Assembly (NCBI GenBank): GCA_051362555.1
Contig: CM120645.1
Location: 8,246,001 to 8,310,000 of the forward strand
Direction of reading: 5' to 3'
Length of the DNA stretch: 64,000 nucleotides
DNA from: Lingula anatina
Taxonomy: Eukaryota > Animalia > Brachiopoda
The notes under the pieces are model-generated. The model did not search any database and was not told the origin of the DNA. It saw only the letters and a program-made list of their open reading frames with translations. The position numbers were made by a program, and so were the translations under genes. Below are positions 1 to 14,300 of this stretch, in pieces (position 1 is the first letter of the stretch; each line of letters starts with the position of its first letter).

Positions 1-592
1 GCTATCAGGATCTAAAAGTTGTAGTGTTATAGTTGTAGTATTAACTTTTTTCACTAGCCCACTGCTTCGGGCTAGTGCCTATCAGCACAGACTGATAATA
101 ACAGTGATATCATATATTATAAAATACAAAGGATGCTGGGCACAGAAAACTCAAATGCAGCACATGTGGTATGTGAAGTATTGTGCAAGCTGTTACAGTC
201 TGTGTATCTTCTACTGTTATCAGTGACATTATTGCAGTTAAGATGACCTATGAGTTTCAACAGCTGGAGCTTGGATAATATCAGCTCTATTCTGTACGAA
301 GAAATGTTTGTTTTTTTTCTTTTTTTATATCATTTATTTCAGCAAAAAGGGCTGTGTTTAGCCATGTTGCACAATGCGCGGACATTTTTAGTTAAGATAC
401 ATTTTATGAGCAATGTGTATGAAAAAAAAATGAAGTACAGCAGGATTTACTGAAAATTTACTTTACTCTCTATGCATGCCAGGAAATATCAGATGTCACA
501 TTATATTCTTCATTCCTATCACAGCTTGAAGATTTAATGAATTCACCAAACCTAATCCATAAAGTGATAATAAATATTTGGGTGTTTTAAAT

Positions 593-623
<31 letters not shown>

Positions 624-776
624 AGGTGTAATTTTTAAGCATATCTGAGAACGTAGGTCAAGCAAGAACTTGTAGAAGTAAATACTTTGTTGTTGATTTT
701 TGATTTGAATCTTTTATCATTTTCCAGTTTGTGGTTTTATACCAGTAATTATAAATTGAGACTTTTATTATTACAG

Positions 777-878
777 AGGCATCCCAAAATGGACTTAAAT
801 AAAAACGACATGCTGCGCCTTCTTAGTTACTTGGAGGGGGAGTTACAAGCCAGGGATGTTGTCATAGCAACCATGAAG
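777..878 (+). CDS. CTTNBP2: CTTNBP2 exon 1 in window (RHPKMDLNKNDMLRLLSYLEGELQARDVVIATMK)
   Basis: ttacag acceptor, aag|gtgagt donor, CortBP2 N-terminal motif. Confidence 0.9.
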
Positions 879-1220
879 GTGAGTTAACATTCTTTAAGAT
901 GAGTGAAAGAAGACTAGGCTTGGAACAGGAAGACTGCTATAGTGTTTGATCTTTACTAAAGATTTAATTTGAAGTGCTGTATCCGGCTGTATTTTGGGAT
1001 GAAGAAGAGATTGATAACTTATTTTAGGTTTCACTCGAGGCAACTTTTGTGCATTGTCAAAAAATAGGACAGGATGTGAGGGTTGTTATTTTGGGATGAT
1101 TCATTTCAGTTTTCAACCCTTAACAAAGAAAAGATAGGAGTACTTCAAGGACAGGTTTTCACTTCTATATAACTTGATTGAAAAATAAGAATTAGGGGTC
1201 ATGTGCACCCTCTTCCTTTT

Positions 1221-1289
<69 letters not shown>

Positions 1290-3869
1290 CAAGCAGTGTT
1301 TACGAATCACTACAAACATTTCCAAGTGAACTCAGTTGCAGTTTTGGTAATATACCAACCCTGGCATGCAGACAAACTCCAGGTCATGGACCAGCTTTCA
1401 TAATGACTATTGAATTTGATACACAGACAGAGAGTGTGAGGAACATCAATACTGTTGTCTGCTGTTTCCCAGACACAGGCCAGAGAGAGTGATTCATAGG
1501 CAATCAAGCCAGTATTCTACAGTCATTTCCTGTGCTGTTGTTGTCTAGATCTTGGTTAATGATTATCATGTTAAAACTATTTAGTTATGTATGTATTTTT
1601 GGTCGAAAAATTACCATTTTCGCTTTAAGTGTTGAACCCGTGCATTATTTGTAGGAATAGCTTGGTGTAAAATGGTAATAGTGTCGATTGAAATTCACCT
1701 GATAAACATGTTTGACTGTCAATAATACATATTAATAGTCTATTCTAGCGTAAAGATAAGTTGTTCTTCAGATATGTATCTTTTTTATCCTTCCAGTGCA
1801 GACTTATTTTATTGTAAATAGTTCATTGTGAACAGCAGGAAAGTAGACCATAATGTGTATGACATTTTAGTATGGCTTTTAGTAGGTCTTTTTAGTGAAG
1901 ATCTTTGGAGATGAGGTTGACTTTTTATCAGTGAAACACAATGCACCCTGGAATGTCCTTTTAGAAAGCAACACAAAAGTGACACCCCAAACCTGAATTT
2001 GTACTGTTGCACAAGAGACTGTAACTTAAAAGAACTAATAAAGCAACAAGAATGATGTCTTTGGATTTATAAGTTCTGCCTGTTTTTGTCGTTTCCCCAC
2101 AGCAGTCACTGGTATGCCATATTTCTGCTCCACTCTCCTCTAAATCCTATGGAATCTTGCTCAGTTTTTCACTTTATTGTAAGCCTTAGTTCTGTCTTCA
2201 ATGAAACCCATTGAAGTGTTGATGTATGAAAGCATCCAGACCAACAGCACAAGTCCTTTCTGGTGTTTTTTTTCCCATCTTGATGGTCAACATATTGTGT
2301 CATTTATATTACCAAAATGCATAAAGCAGACTACAGGATAAGTTATGACCGTGTCATGGGGCGTGAAAAACACATCAAGATGTTTTTTTATCTGATCATG
2401 TCCTACTAGGCCACCTTTTAATGGCTTTGTTACCCTTCAGTCAGTCAATTTCATTATGTAGTACTTTTCCTAACTTTATAACCAAAATATTGAGTACATA
2501 GTTGCAATACTGTGTTCTAATGCTTCATAAAATTAGCTGTTGATAAATAAATATATTTGATAACCCCCCCCCCCCCCCCCCCCAATTTATCCTTTATTTA
2601 TATGGCTAAAAGTTAAATATGACTTACAGAGGTAGAAGACAAGAAGAGGAAAACAGAACCCTTAAATCTTTTCCCACATTAAGTTGACATGTTGGGGTCT
2701 GGGAGGATTAATGCCTTTACCGATGGTGACAGATTTTTGAAGACTAAGACCCCATTTCCATAAATTTTAGATCGCTCTATTCTTGTGGGGAGTCTCACTA
2801 GATTACTGTCAGCTTAGCCGGCTTAAGCGTCTGTCCCGCCTACTGAAAGCTGTAAGGGGGTAATTAACTATGGTGCGCGCTCGGCTGACTGCAATTTAGC
2901 TTGAACCCCCTGGGAGTTAGGTCGATCTAAATCTTAATCTCTGGATCGATCTAAATCTCTGGGAATACACCCTTAAACCCAGTTTACATATTGACTTCGT
3001 GCCTTGTGTAAATATGAGTTCTAAACACCAGTTTGATTTCTATTATTCATTGTCACATTACTAGTAGATTTGAACTGTATGTCATGCAGTCATGTTGAAG
3101 AGTCACCATGGCCGACTCTTTAGCATGACAGCAATTTAGCGTGAACTCCCAGGGAGTTAGGTCGATCTGGATGGATCGATCTTAATCTCTGGGAATGCAC
3201 TCTTAAATTATTGATACCTCTGTCATTTGGCCAGTTTTCAGGGAAATGTTTTAATTTAAGCTCTAAAAAGAATATTTGCTTCCTTCTCCCTTCCCTCCAA
3301 CAGAAGTGCATGCTAACAGATGTGCATGCATGAAAAAAAAAACTGGATCTAGAAATATTTTTGGCAAGCTATTATAAACAAGGCTTTTATCCTACTGTGT
3401 TGGTTATGATTCACCAACAGTGCTTTCAGCATGATATTCAAGACAAGCCACAACCATTGTTATTTTTGGTCAAGAATATGAGAACACTTTCCAGTTTTTG
3501 CTTCACAGGTAGATATCTGCAAAGATTTAAATAGCTTTTAAACAGCTTATAATAATGTCCAGAGAGTGATGCTGTAGGGAAATACAATTTACCAAGTCAA
3601 TTACATTAGTGCTGTGTAAGTGGCCTCCAGACAGTTAACAGATGGCTAAATTTAGCAATAACATTGCAGACAATTCAGCTTATTTAGAAATTCAGCTGGT
3701 CAGTCATTTGTAGAAAGGCATGAAATGGTTGATTCACTGGATTAAGACATAAGCCAGTTCAGAAGCAATTAAACTTACATCTATTCATTTATTTCTTTGT
3801 ATTGGTTGATAGGCAGTTAGGTACCAGCCTTCTAAGAATGTGGATGTGACTTTTTCCTGAATGTGTGTG

Positions 3870-3900
<31 letters not shown>

Positions 3901-5235
3901 CTTTTTCACCTAACCTTTATAGGATGGGCAGTGTAGAATGCAAGTTTTGCTCGTAAGTAAACTACCTTTATATCGCCAGAACAAAATACATTTGCATTTA
4001 GGTTAGATAAAATGGTGGTAATCCAGTTTTTGATATGCCTTCACCCAGAAAATTCTTTTCTGCTTTGGTACATCTGCGATTGGAACCACAATCTCGATTT
4101 GCATAAGAATGTGTTAGATATGTGAGATATTGGAGAATATATGGACATATTGTAGCCAAGAGGAAAGATGAAAAAGATAGCATCGATGATCTTGGGGTAG
4201 AAATTTTTTTTCGGGTCAGTAAAGTGCAGTTGACGTAAAGATGGAGCAAATAAAAGACCTTCATGATTGCACCTAGGGCTCTTATGTTATCTGTTAATGT
4301 GGAACAGTCATGAAAAAATATATTCTTTAAAATTTCTTTGTCATGCTCCTTAAAAATGTTTGCAGCCCCTTTTCCCCAGCATGCACACACATATTTACAC
4401 TTCAACATAGATTTATGAGTATTCTAAAAGTTGATGTTTGGATTCATCTTCAATTTAATCAAGGTAAGTTGAAATGGAGAAATTCAAATCTATTTTGCTG
4501 TTGTTGTTCCATATTGGACACTGAATTCATCAATCACCAATCCACAGAGGAGTTGAACTAAAAGACATCTCAGAATACTAAGTAACAATATTGCTGAACA
4601 AACGACAGTTAAATCAAAATCAATGAAAAACAATCAGAAAGCCACAGTTGGTGCATGCCTGGTGAGATCTTGAAGTATAACCAACATCTGTTCAGACGAA
4701 GAGCATTTTTGATTGAAAATTGAGTATTGGGTCTGGGGCAGATTAAGGCCATCTTCTGGGTCTTCCAGAAGACAGTCAGGTTTTAAAGTTAACATTGACG
4801 GGTATCTAATTTTTTCTGTCGAAAGACAGTCAAAAATGGAGGATGGATCAACAAAGATAATTTGGAAGACTGTCAGAAAATATCTCTGGATCTGCCCCTG
4901 TGGGTTATCAGAGGAGTTTGTGTCCCTTGTTGTGGAGGGCAGCATTACATTGAGGGTCCATTTTGCTCGTATCTCTAAATCCTGGTTTGATTTTAAATTT
5001 TCTGATGATGACTTTTCCCAGTCTGAACAAAGCCTATGAATGTTTGTACTTCTGAAACAACATGGTTTTTTAATGTAATTTGGTATTCAGAAGCATATTT
5101 CAAGTGGAAGTAAGAAAAAGATGTCAGAAAAAAAATATACAGAAAATACTCCTTGATCCATGTGACTTGGGAATCTTCAACAATAATTAAGTGTTTTTCC
5201 CCTTGACTGGGCCACACGCAAATACCCATGCCCCC

Positions 5236-5309
<74 letters not shown>

Positions 5310-8300
5310 GTCTTTACAGCAAGTGATCTCAAAGGAAATGTAACTAACTGAATAAGGAGATGGATTGGGAGTCTGATTCAAAGGTTAATTTCATTAGATT
5401 ATCTCAGAGGATATGTTCTGAATGTCTAGTCATTTGATTATTGTTCATTGCAGCTTAAACACCAATGCCTAGTCTGGCCCCCCCCTCCCCATCCGCATAC
5501 ACACATATACTTTCCTCTCATATTGTGATTATCCAGGTGTTCAGCTTGTTATTATTTTGGTCTCATTCACTCGTCAGATTCATTATTTTGGCAATTGTTC
5601 AAAGATATTATCATGTAGCACACATTGTTTACATATCTGAGATTTAGTAATAGGTTAATTTGCTTCAGTGTAAATTAAAAAAAAAAAACTGTAATGTAAA
5701 TTTTGTGATGATCAGGTTTGAAATATTTATTTAACTTTATCAGTTTGGTTTCTGTGAGTATCAAAAGTTTAAGTTCCTGCTAAAAAAAACAAAACATTTG
5801 CAATCTTATTGAATAAAAACACTTTCGAAAGCAAATTTTCTGTTCAAACCAAGATAAAGTTTTAAAACAATATAGTAGTATACAGTGGACCCATTACATG
5901 AGGTATAGGTTCAGTAAAAGATGGAGACACCAAGGCACACATTTTTCAAGAAACAGCCTGTAGACATGCAACAAATACATGTGAGACTTGAAGATTGTCA
6001 CTTTTATTTCCTTATTTCACTGAACATTGTCTCTAAATGTGTCTTGTAATAAGATTTAGGACAATTCAGTCTTTGAACAATTTAGGAAATACTGGATTTT
6101 TTAAATGCTGCACAGCCATATAAAGTGTGATAGGTATTGATCATTATCCTAGGAAAAATATAAAGATTCTCAATTTGAGGTGTATTTTTTCCAAAATATT
6201 GTCTAAGATAAATATTTTAATGCTGTGACACATAACTTAATTCAGAGCAATAGCTGTCCATAATGTTTGGCCTTTGTGTTATGTTGGAATCATCAAAATT
6301 TCAAACTACATTTAACTTGATAGATATTGCACTTCACTGTGATAAAAATTGAATGTGAAAATTCTTGCTTTGAGTTTTATCTGTGTAAAATATTTTATAA
6401 TATGTATGCAGCATTAACTGTAAGATGATGCATAATGTAGTTTACTATAGTTGTCTTTAAAGGATATTTTTAAAAGATTGATTTTTCCATTTCTTTGCCT
6501 GCATTATTTGTATTCATCCTTGAATTTATGGGAAAAAATTTAAATAGCATTATTTGACCTTATATGATGACAAATAGGCCCACGCAATGGGAATGAGTCA
6601 ACTTGCACTCGTTAAACAGCTATTAAGTGTTTTCATCCAACAAACACAAGTTGCATATACTAGAGTGTGTGTGTGTGTGCATGTGCGTGCATGTTTGGGT
6701 GTATGCATTCGTGTATGTGTACGTTCATATATGCACAATGCTGCTGATGAAAGCATGGTGTGATCCAAACAGGAAAAGTAGTCATAATAAAAATAATTAT
6801 AATAGTAGTTATGATATAACAATTATTGTTTTTATAATGTCTTAGTACAAGGGCATATGATGTAACTTGATAAAAATTATACAAAGAGAAAGAATATAGA
6901 TTACATTATGTACTGATATTATTATATATGTTCCTCTTCTTTGTTCACTATATGATAGGTTCAGTCTATCAAATAATTGTAATAAAGCTGGCCCTATGTT
7001 GCACAAGTTCAAACAACTCACTTTTACCAAAAAAAAAAAAAAAAAGATGTTGGTATCTATAATTTGTAAACCACTGCTGTATTAGATAAATATAAGTAAG
7101 AATTTACAATTTTGGTATGGATCAAATTATATTATTCTCTATCAGGGACTAATGGGAAGATAACTTGTATCATTATAAGAATTGCTGCATGGTTTATAGA
7201 TCAGATTGGCTCTATTGGGACCTATGAACACAAATAAAACCTATTTTCATTCTAGTTATCACAACTGTAATAGCCATGTTTTCTTTCCTAGTGGGTGAGA
7301 ATCATAACAACATGGCTTATCCTTGATCAACATCACTACTGCACAAGTTTATAAGTATGAAGCACGGCCCAATTGTTTGGAAAACGTGTTAGGTGGATTT
7401 TTTTCGCACAATTAATGAACATTAGTTGCCCAGCAGGCCGCGGGCATACATCTCGCAGACTCAATGGCTATGTGCTGACCTGGATAATGTCCAGTCCAAG
7501 GACAATTGAGATTCATGGATTTTTTTTTTTTTTTTAATTTTTTTTTTTTTTGAAGAAGAAGTTACCTGTCATAGCCTTACATGTGATAAATTCTAAATGA
7601 ATGAATGGATCCTTGCCACTTTATTGTATAAATTACTATCATATAAACAGGGTGAGATTTTTTTGGCAAATTTTCGAATTTTTAGGGGCCAAAAATATTG
7701 TTGGCCTAGGCAGCCCTCTGGACCCCAAGTCATATTTTCCAATTTCTTCACTAAATGGAGATGAGAATAACCCAAGACATGAAAAGATGGTTGAATGTAT
7801 GATAAACACATTTAAAGGTTTGATGAGTTGATTTAAGTACAAGTAGTTTCAGAGCCAAATAAATGGCAAATAACTGATATAATGTTGGCCGATGAATAAC
7901 AAAGGATTTAAGTCTACAAGTCTGTCTGTAATTGTCTGTTTGTCTACCAATTTTCACCTGTTTATTCTTCCTATGATCTCTCTTTCTCTCTCTCTCTCTC
8001 AGTTAATTGCACTTCAGAGACTTGACTCTAAATGCACTAAGCAAGTTACATTGCCTTTGATCTTCCATGGAGGAAGACTGTCCAGTGTTGTTTTCTTCTC
8101 TTTCTTGTTGATGATTCATCACTTTACTGATACAACTTAGTATATCACTGGTCCTTAGGTGGCTTTTCAGTATCATTCTCAATTTCTGGTGTTCCTAGTG
8201 CATCCTTACCTCCTGAAATCTTCATATTTTACACCTGTTCAGCTTTTGCAGGATTAAGATTGGGTTTATATTTTTACGTTCAGACACAGAAACATGACAT

Positions 8301-11300
8301 TCTTTTTTTCCTCCATTATCGAAACAGATTATGAAAAAATCATAAATTATCGAACCCCCTAAAATTGATTTCTTGAATTATTCAATATGTAACATTTTGC
8401 AGCTTAATTGTAAACAGTGCTGTTGTTCCACAGCCTTTCTTGTAGTCAAACCAAACTAGATGGGATACATCGGAAAATAACTGCTTGACTTTCTGTTTAG
8501 GTTATATTAGATTGTTGCACCACACATCCATATAATGAACACTTATTATACATCCATAAAGTGCTCGAACCACAGAACTATTAGTCATTCCAGGGTTGGT
8601 TGAAATCCGTTTATCTTAATGGTTTTGACTCTGGTACAATTAGTCTATAATAATTGTGATGGTATTGATGTTGAAGGAGGATGCTGGTTACATCAGTTGC
8701 TGAGTGCAAATTGTGACATGTTCAAATATGTCATTAGCAATCTTCTATTACATTTTGTGTTTTTTAATGAAAGATGAAGTTTAAAGAGAGGGAAATTTGT
8801 AAAATACTATACAAGAAAGAAATCCTACCTGATTAATGATAAACATTTAATTTTATGATTATTATGTTATATATGATTATAGTTTGCTTTGACTTTGATA
8901 TCATTATGCTATGGTAACTTGAAAAAATTTCTTCAATCATACATTATATGCTTAAATGTATTTGGATTCATTATAATTACAGGCCGAAAAGGCTCGTCAG
9001 GTACTGTACCAAGCCAAATACGGTAGGGTAGGTCTGGCTGATCCATTCTATGCGCTACAGCGGGATTCAGACGACATGAAAGATAATGCCTTTGACGAGC
9101 AAGCAGTGAAAGCCCTTTACGATAACCAGCTAGCACAGCTGGAGAATCTCATATCTACGCAGCGGAACGCACAGATCAAAATGCGAGAACAGCTGGTGTT
9201 TGTGGAGAAGAAATATCATAAGGTATCATTGTTTGATGTTGATAATGTAACTTTTAGTTGGTAACAGTTTGATTTGAAAAGAGTGTCCAGATGCAGGTGA
9301 AAAATAGAATGGCAGTGCACAACACATTGGCACAAAATTGTAGAAAGTTGATCCGGTGCAGGTAGCAGTTTTGCGAAGAGGACAGCTAGAAACATTGCAG
9401 AGTTCAGTCTTGGGCAAGAATATTGATAATTGATCAGCTTAAAGATGAGTAATGTAAAGAAGTATCTAGTACTAGTATAGTATTTCAATATTTTCTACTG
9501 TATAGTAGTATATATTTTGTAAGTAAAGTTCCACATGAAAAAGGACACTAACAGTTTTGTATAACACAGGTTTTGTCAGAACTGGAAGATGAGAAGAGAA
9601 AACATGCACAAGACACAGCACAGGGAGATGATGTCACATACATGTTGGAAAAAGAGAGAGAAAGGTTACGTAACGAGGTGAGAAATGCACTTACGCAGGG
9701 CAGATAGAAGTGTAGATATTATGCCCTATCTCTGACAGGCCTACCCAACTACCAGACTCGGCACTGAATGATTCTGAATTCACCGGTAGATCAGACCACA
9801 CTACCCGTTTTCAAAATAAACATAAGTATATAAAGTTAAGAGAGTTTCCTCAGCTACTAAAAAAGAAAAAAAAAACAATTTTCAGGAAGATCATGCCTTA
9901 TGCCAAAATATTTGTTGCCCCACACCATGATGCTATTACCTAAGGTTAATGTTCGCAGCGCCGCGGCACACTTTCCAAGAAAATGCCAACTTTTCATGAC
10001 CCATTACTGCTCAGTTTTGCTTGAACTGTTGTATATCTCTCTCCTTACTTGTCACAGTTAATTTGCCTTGCCTGTAACACTAAGTAGATGTGTATATATA
10101 TACTCCAGATATATATATATATAAATAAAATGACCTGGATATAAGCCAGCAAGGTAAGAAGGTCCTGGGTCTACTACTACAACAACAACACATGAGTAAG
10201 GCTATGTTTACAGTCCGTACGGAAGAAATGCACATCATCTTCACTTTGCATAGTTTGTGATACTATGTGGATATATTGTATGCGTATGTGTTTGTGTGGT
10301 ATGTAATATACTATGTGGATGTTTCTCACTTGGGGGAGGGGGGGGGAATGCCCCGATATGCGTGTATCCATAACCATGTGTACACATTAGTCCAGGCCTG
10401 TCTCAATTTTTACAGGAAATATAACTACCCACTGACATGCTATTTTGAGATGTGAACCAGTTTTCAAGCTCAGGAAAATTAGTGTCCTTGGCTTATGAGC
10501 AATTTCTCAAGTATTTCTTATAGGTTAAGTCAGCAGTCGGTTAGCACAAATACGTAGTCAAAAATATTTTTTATGGTTTTCATTAAGACAGAATCTAAAC
10601 ACCACTTTGTCCATTGATTTGATATACTTCTGAATTCAGTTCACACCAAATGAAGGTTTATTACAGTCATCTCTTACTATTTTGAACTTTTGAGTGTATA
10701 CACAAGATAGGTGAGTTTTCATAAACCACTGATGCAGTTTAAATATTTTTCAAGCCAGATTAAATTAAGAAAAAAACACTACATTATGTCAGTCATGAGT
10801 TAAGATACTCTGATTTGAGATTTGACTAGTAGTATTTTGATACAGGTTTCAGTACAGAAAACATCTCTATGAGATGGATTTGGCAGTCATCCCATCATGG
10901 TACATGTAGATATGTATCTTACTTGGCACTGAGCTTGTATTAGCTGGGGTTGTGCACTTCTACCTGCATGTTCACAAATTACCTGTGATTACTGTCCGAT
11001 GTGATTTATATACTTTCTCTAGGGAAGTGAAGCAGATGTTCTTTTTCTGCAGTATGGAGATTTTAGTTGGCTGTTGTTTATTGTCATCATTTTAGTTTTT
11101 AGAAGGTATGGTAATAACTTGATATTTAGGTTGAACAAATTGAATTGATAACATTCTTCAAGGTGGTGTGTTGTTATTATTAGTAATACAAAAAAATGTT
11201 AATTATTAAGAAGTTCTGAAAAGTGAATCTGTGTTATTTGTAAAAGAGCATTTTTCTGAGTCACTAAAAACAACAAAACTTCAAAAATAATAATACTGAA

Positions 11301-14300
11301 GTCTCTGGACTCATGCAGGTTCAGTGGATTTCTTATAAATCTGGCTATGAAAATATTCCACTGTTTTGTGCCAATATTTATTGATTCAGTTCAAATTTCT
11401 TGTTTCAAATTGGCTAAAATTATCCCTCTATTTGACTAAAAGACAAGGAGGTCAAAATCCTTCTGCACCAGGGTCGGTAGTTTTAACTAATTGAGGCTAC
11501 ACCTGTGACTGATCATCTCTGTTTATTGAGAGCCATTAGCAGGGCTGTAATTGGCAGTTGATTATAGGTCAGTTACAGGTGATTTATTTGTTTAACCTGC
11601 AGCTGGTCTATGGAGGTGATCATTAGAGAAAACAGACACTGGGTGAGATCCCCAGAGAAAACAGATTATTAGTTGCTCTTTTTTGCAAATGATTCTGAGA
11701 CTTCAACATGAGTTGCTTGTAGTGCAGTTGTAAGAATAAATAAAAGAATTCACTTCAAGACTTGATGTCCTGCCAAAAATTGTCTCCTTCAATTAAATAT
11801 GTGCACCCCTTTTTCTCAAAATAAAAGGAGATTCAGCTAAATGCTGGCAGACTCCTTGAAAAAGTGTGTTCTAGGGCCAAAATATGGAAGCAGTTACAGG
11901 TGCTGCTGACAATATACTCTTCACTTTAGTATTAGTAAATAACAAGTTTTATTTTTTATATTGTAGATTGAGTTTGAAAAAAACCAAAGCAAGAAAGCCA
12001 AGAAGGAATTGGACAAGGTGAACGCCGCACTGGAACAGGAAGTAGCCATGTCACAAAAGCATAAACAAGTAGCTTTAATGCTGATAAAGGAGAGGAAAGA
12101 TTTGGTGGAAAAATTCCTCTTAGAAAAACAGAAATTCAACTTTGTGCAAAAGAGCTTCCAAGATGGCCGAAACAAAGTAAAAATAATGGCAGAAGGTCTG
12201 GAACAGGAAAGTAAAAAGTCTTTGAAAATGGAAGCTGAATTGGAAAAGAAACTCCACGAGTTTGACATGGAGCGCGAGCAGCTCAAAGCCAAACTAACTC
12301 GTGAGGAGAACAAGAACAAAGACCTTCATGCAGAAATTGAACGCCTACGGCAACAAGTAGAAAGTATAAAACTGAATGTTGGAGACCAACCCCTCTCTCC
12401 CAGAGAGTCAACCTCTCCACAGACGATAGAAATCAAAAGTAGTGTAGCCCAAAAGCCTCTCCCAGCAGAAAAGTCTCCTCATTTAGTGGCTACAACCCCA
12501 GTTAAGGTGCAAAAGGTGGTCGGGAAAGTGCCCTCGGCTAGCGACAACTCTATAGCATCTTCAGGAAAGAATCATCTCACGGGTGGACAGCAGCTGCCCC
12601 CCAAAGCTACGAGTAACGCTGATCCAGTGGTTAAGAAAACCATCATGCAGCTCGCAAACAGTAATGCTGATGGGGCAAATACTGTGCCAAAGAACGAAAT
12701 TAAAAACAGTGGGGGTAATAGTGCTAGTGCAGGAAATCGGGTCAATCTCAACTCTGCTAATGCCACCACAGGGGGCAACACTGCTGTCTTCACAACGCCA
12801 TCTGGTGGCAAAATCTCTCTTTCTGTAGGACAGAGGAAAGTGTCCCCCTTGGGACGCGGTGCTCCACCTCCCATCCCACCCAACAAACCAGTGCTGACAC
12901 CTGCTGGTGGGAAAAAGGAGGTTGGAAACAAAGGTGCTGTGTCTCCGCGGAGCAGCGGTATAGGTGGTGTTAGCGACTCTTCTACCTCTGGGGGGACTTC
13001 CCCAGAGATCAAACCTACAAAACCCGCACCCCCCTCAAAGTTCGGGGTCATCTTAATGAACAATCGGGACAGGACTGCTGCTGACAGAAGTTCGTCAAGC
13101 CCAGAGAGTCCGAATGCAAATCTACGGCCTATAACAATCTCCAATGTCTCCAGTGCTTCTAATGCTGCCACTTCTTCCTCAAGTAACACCACAGTGCCAG
13201 TAAAGCGGGCTACTCAGGTTTGTGTGAATACAAAGTAATGGTAAAAAGTGGGAGGGACTTGTGGAAAGGGAAGATTATGAGTATCATTTATGCATTTGGT
13301 TTGTACTCTGGTGGTATGTACACAAAGGGTATAGAGGCATTTGGAAAGAGATATTTTCATGTATGAATGAGAGTTGGTGTATTATTTAAGTGGACTTGGT
13401 ATAATTATGATATGAACTTATTCTGGCCTAGGCTAAAGAATATGGACACAATAAAATCTTGATGGCTGTTTACTAAAAACTGATCATGTATTTAAGATAT
13501 CAGATGAAGATGTTAAGAGATGATTCCAAAACATGGACTATGCCACAAAGAGAGCACAAACTACTGAAGGATGGAATATTGTGTGCTAAGGAAATGAATC
13601 AGTTCGAACACAACTGTATGATATGCAGTACAGGCCTTATCAGTTTAAGGAAAGTCAAAAAGGAATATTATTTCACCCTCGGCATGCTTCACAAAAGGAC
13701 TTTAGCCCCCAAAATTGCTCTTGATTGTTAGAATATAAGTTTAGCCAAGTTCAATGAGTTTTCCAATTTCAGGTGAAAAAATGTTCGGCTCTGTTAGACC
13801 AATATTTGAATTTAGCATAGTACATTGGAATTAGCTTGAACTCCAGTAGACCATTTTTGTGGTCTTAGAGTACAGAACAATTTTTAGTCTTACAGTCTCA
13901 AAGTTCTTTTGTGAAATCTGTCCCAAATTATTTCAATGAAATACTGCATTAGACAAATTTAAGTGTCTTTAAGAAGTCCTTTTCTTTTCAAATATTTTTA
14001 ACTGCTGAGACATTTGGCTTGTGTTTTATTGTAAAAGATGTATCTGATTATATTTTACATCACAAATTTAATTGTTATTAAGAGATGCGGGAACATGATA
14101 ATCATGTACCTTGAAATAGCACAAATAAGAGAGGCAGTTTTGTTCAGTTTCTGTTTTGAGAATGAGATTTGTTGAATGAATTGTAATATATGTGATAAAC
14201 AAACTTACTAACAATATAAACGAGGCTTGAGTATGGTCATGCAAGCTTATTTTCTGTTTTCACTGGAGAAAAATTTGCCACTGGCTTAATGATTGAAGGG

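Noticed and set aside
1113-1403. ORFs rich in CVCVCV / HTHTHT (also 5187-5381, 6598-6884, 58434-58878)
   Set aside because: Microsatellite translations.
4713-5039. Apparent small gene family (SKMEDGS.KIIWKTVRKYLWI, also in 47154-47615)
   Set aside because: Translation of a dispersed MITE (family A); reading frames are not conserved between copies.
12572-13192. 206-aa minus-strand ORF (also 11921-12319)
   Set aside because: Antisense shadow of CTTNBP2 exon 4; no recognisable domain.
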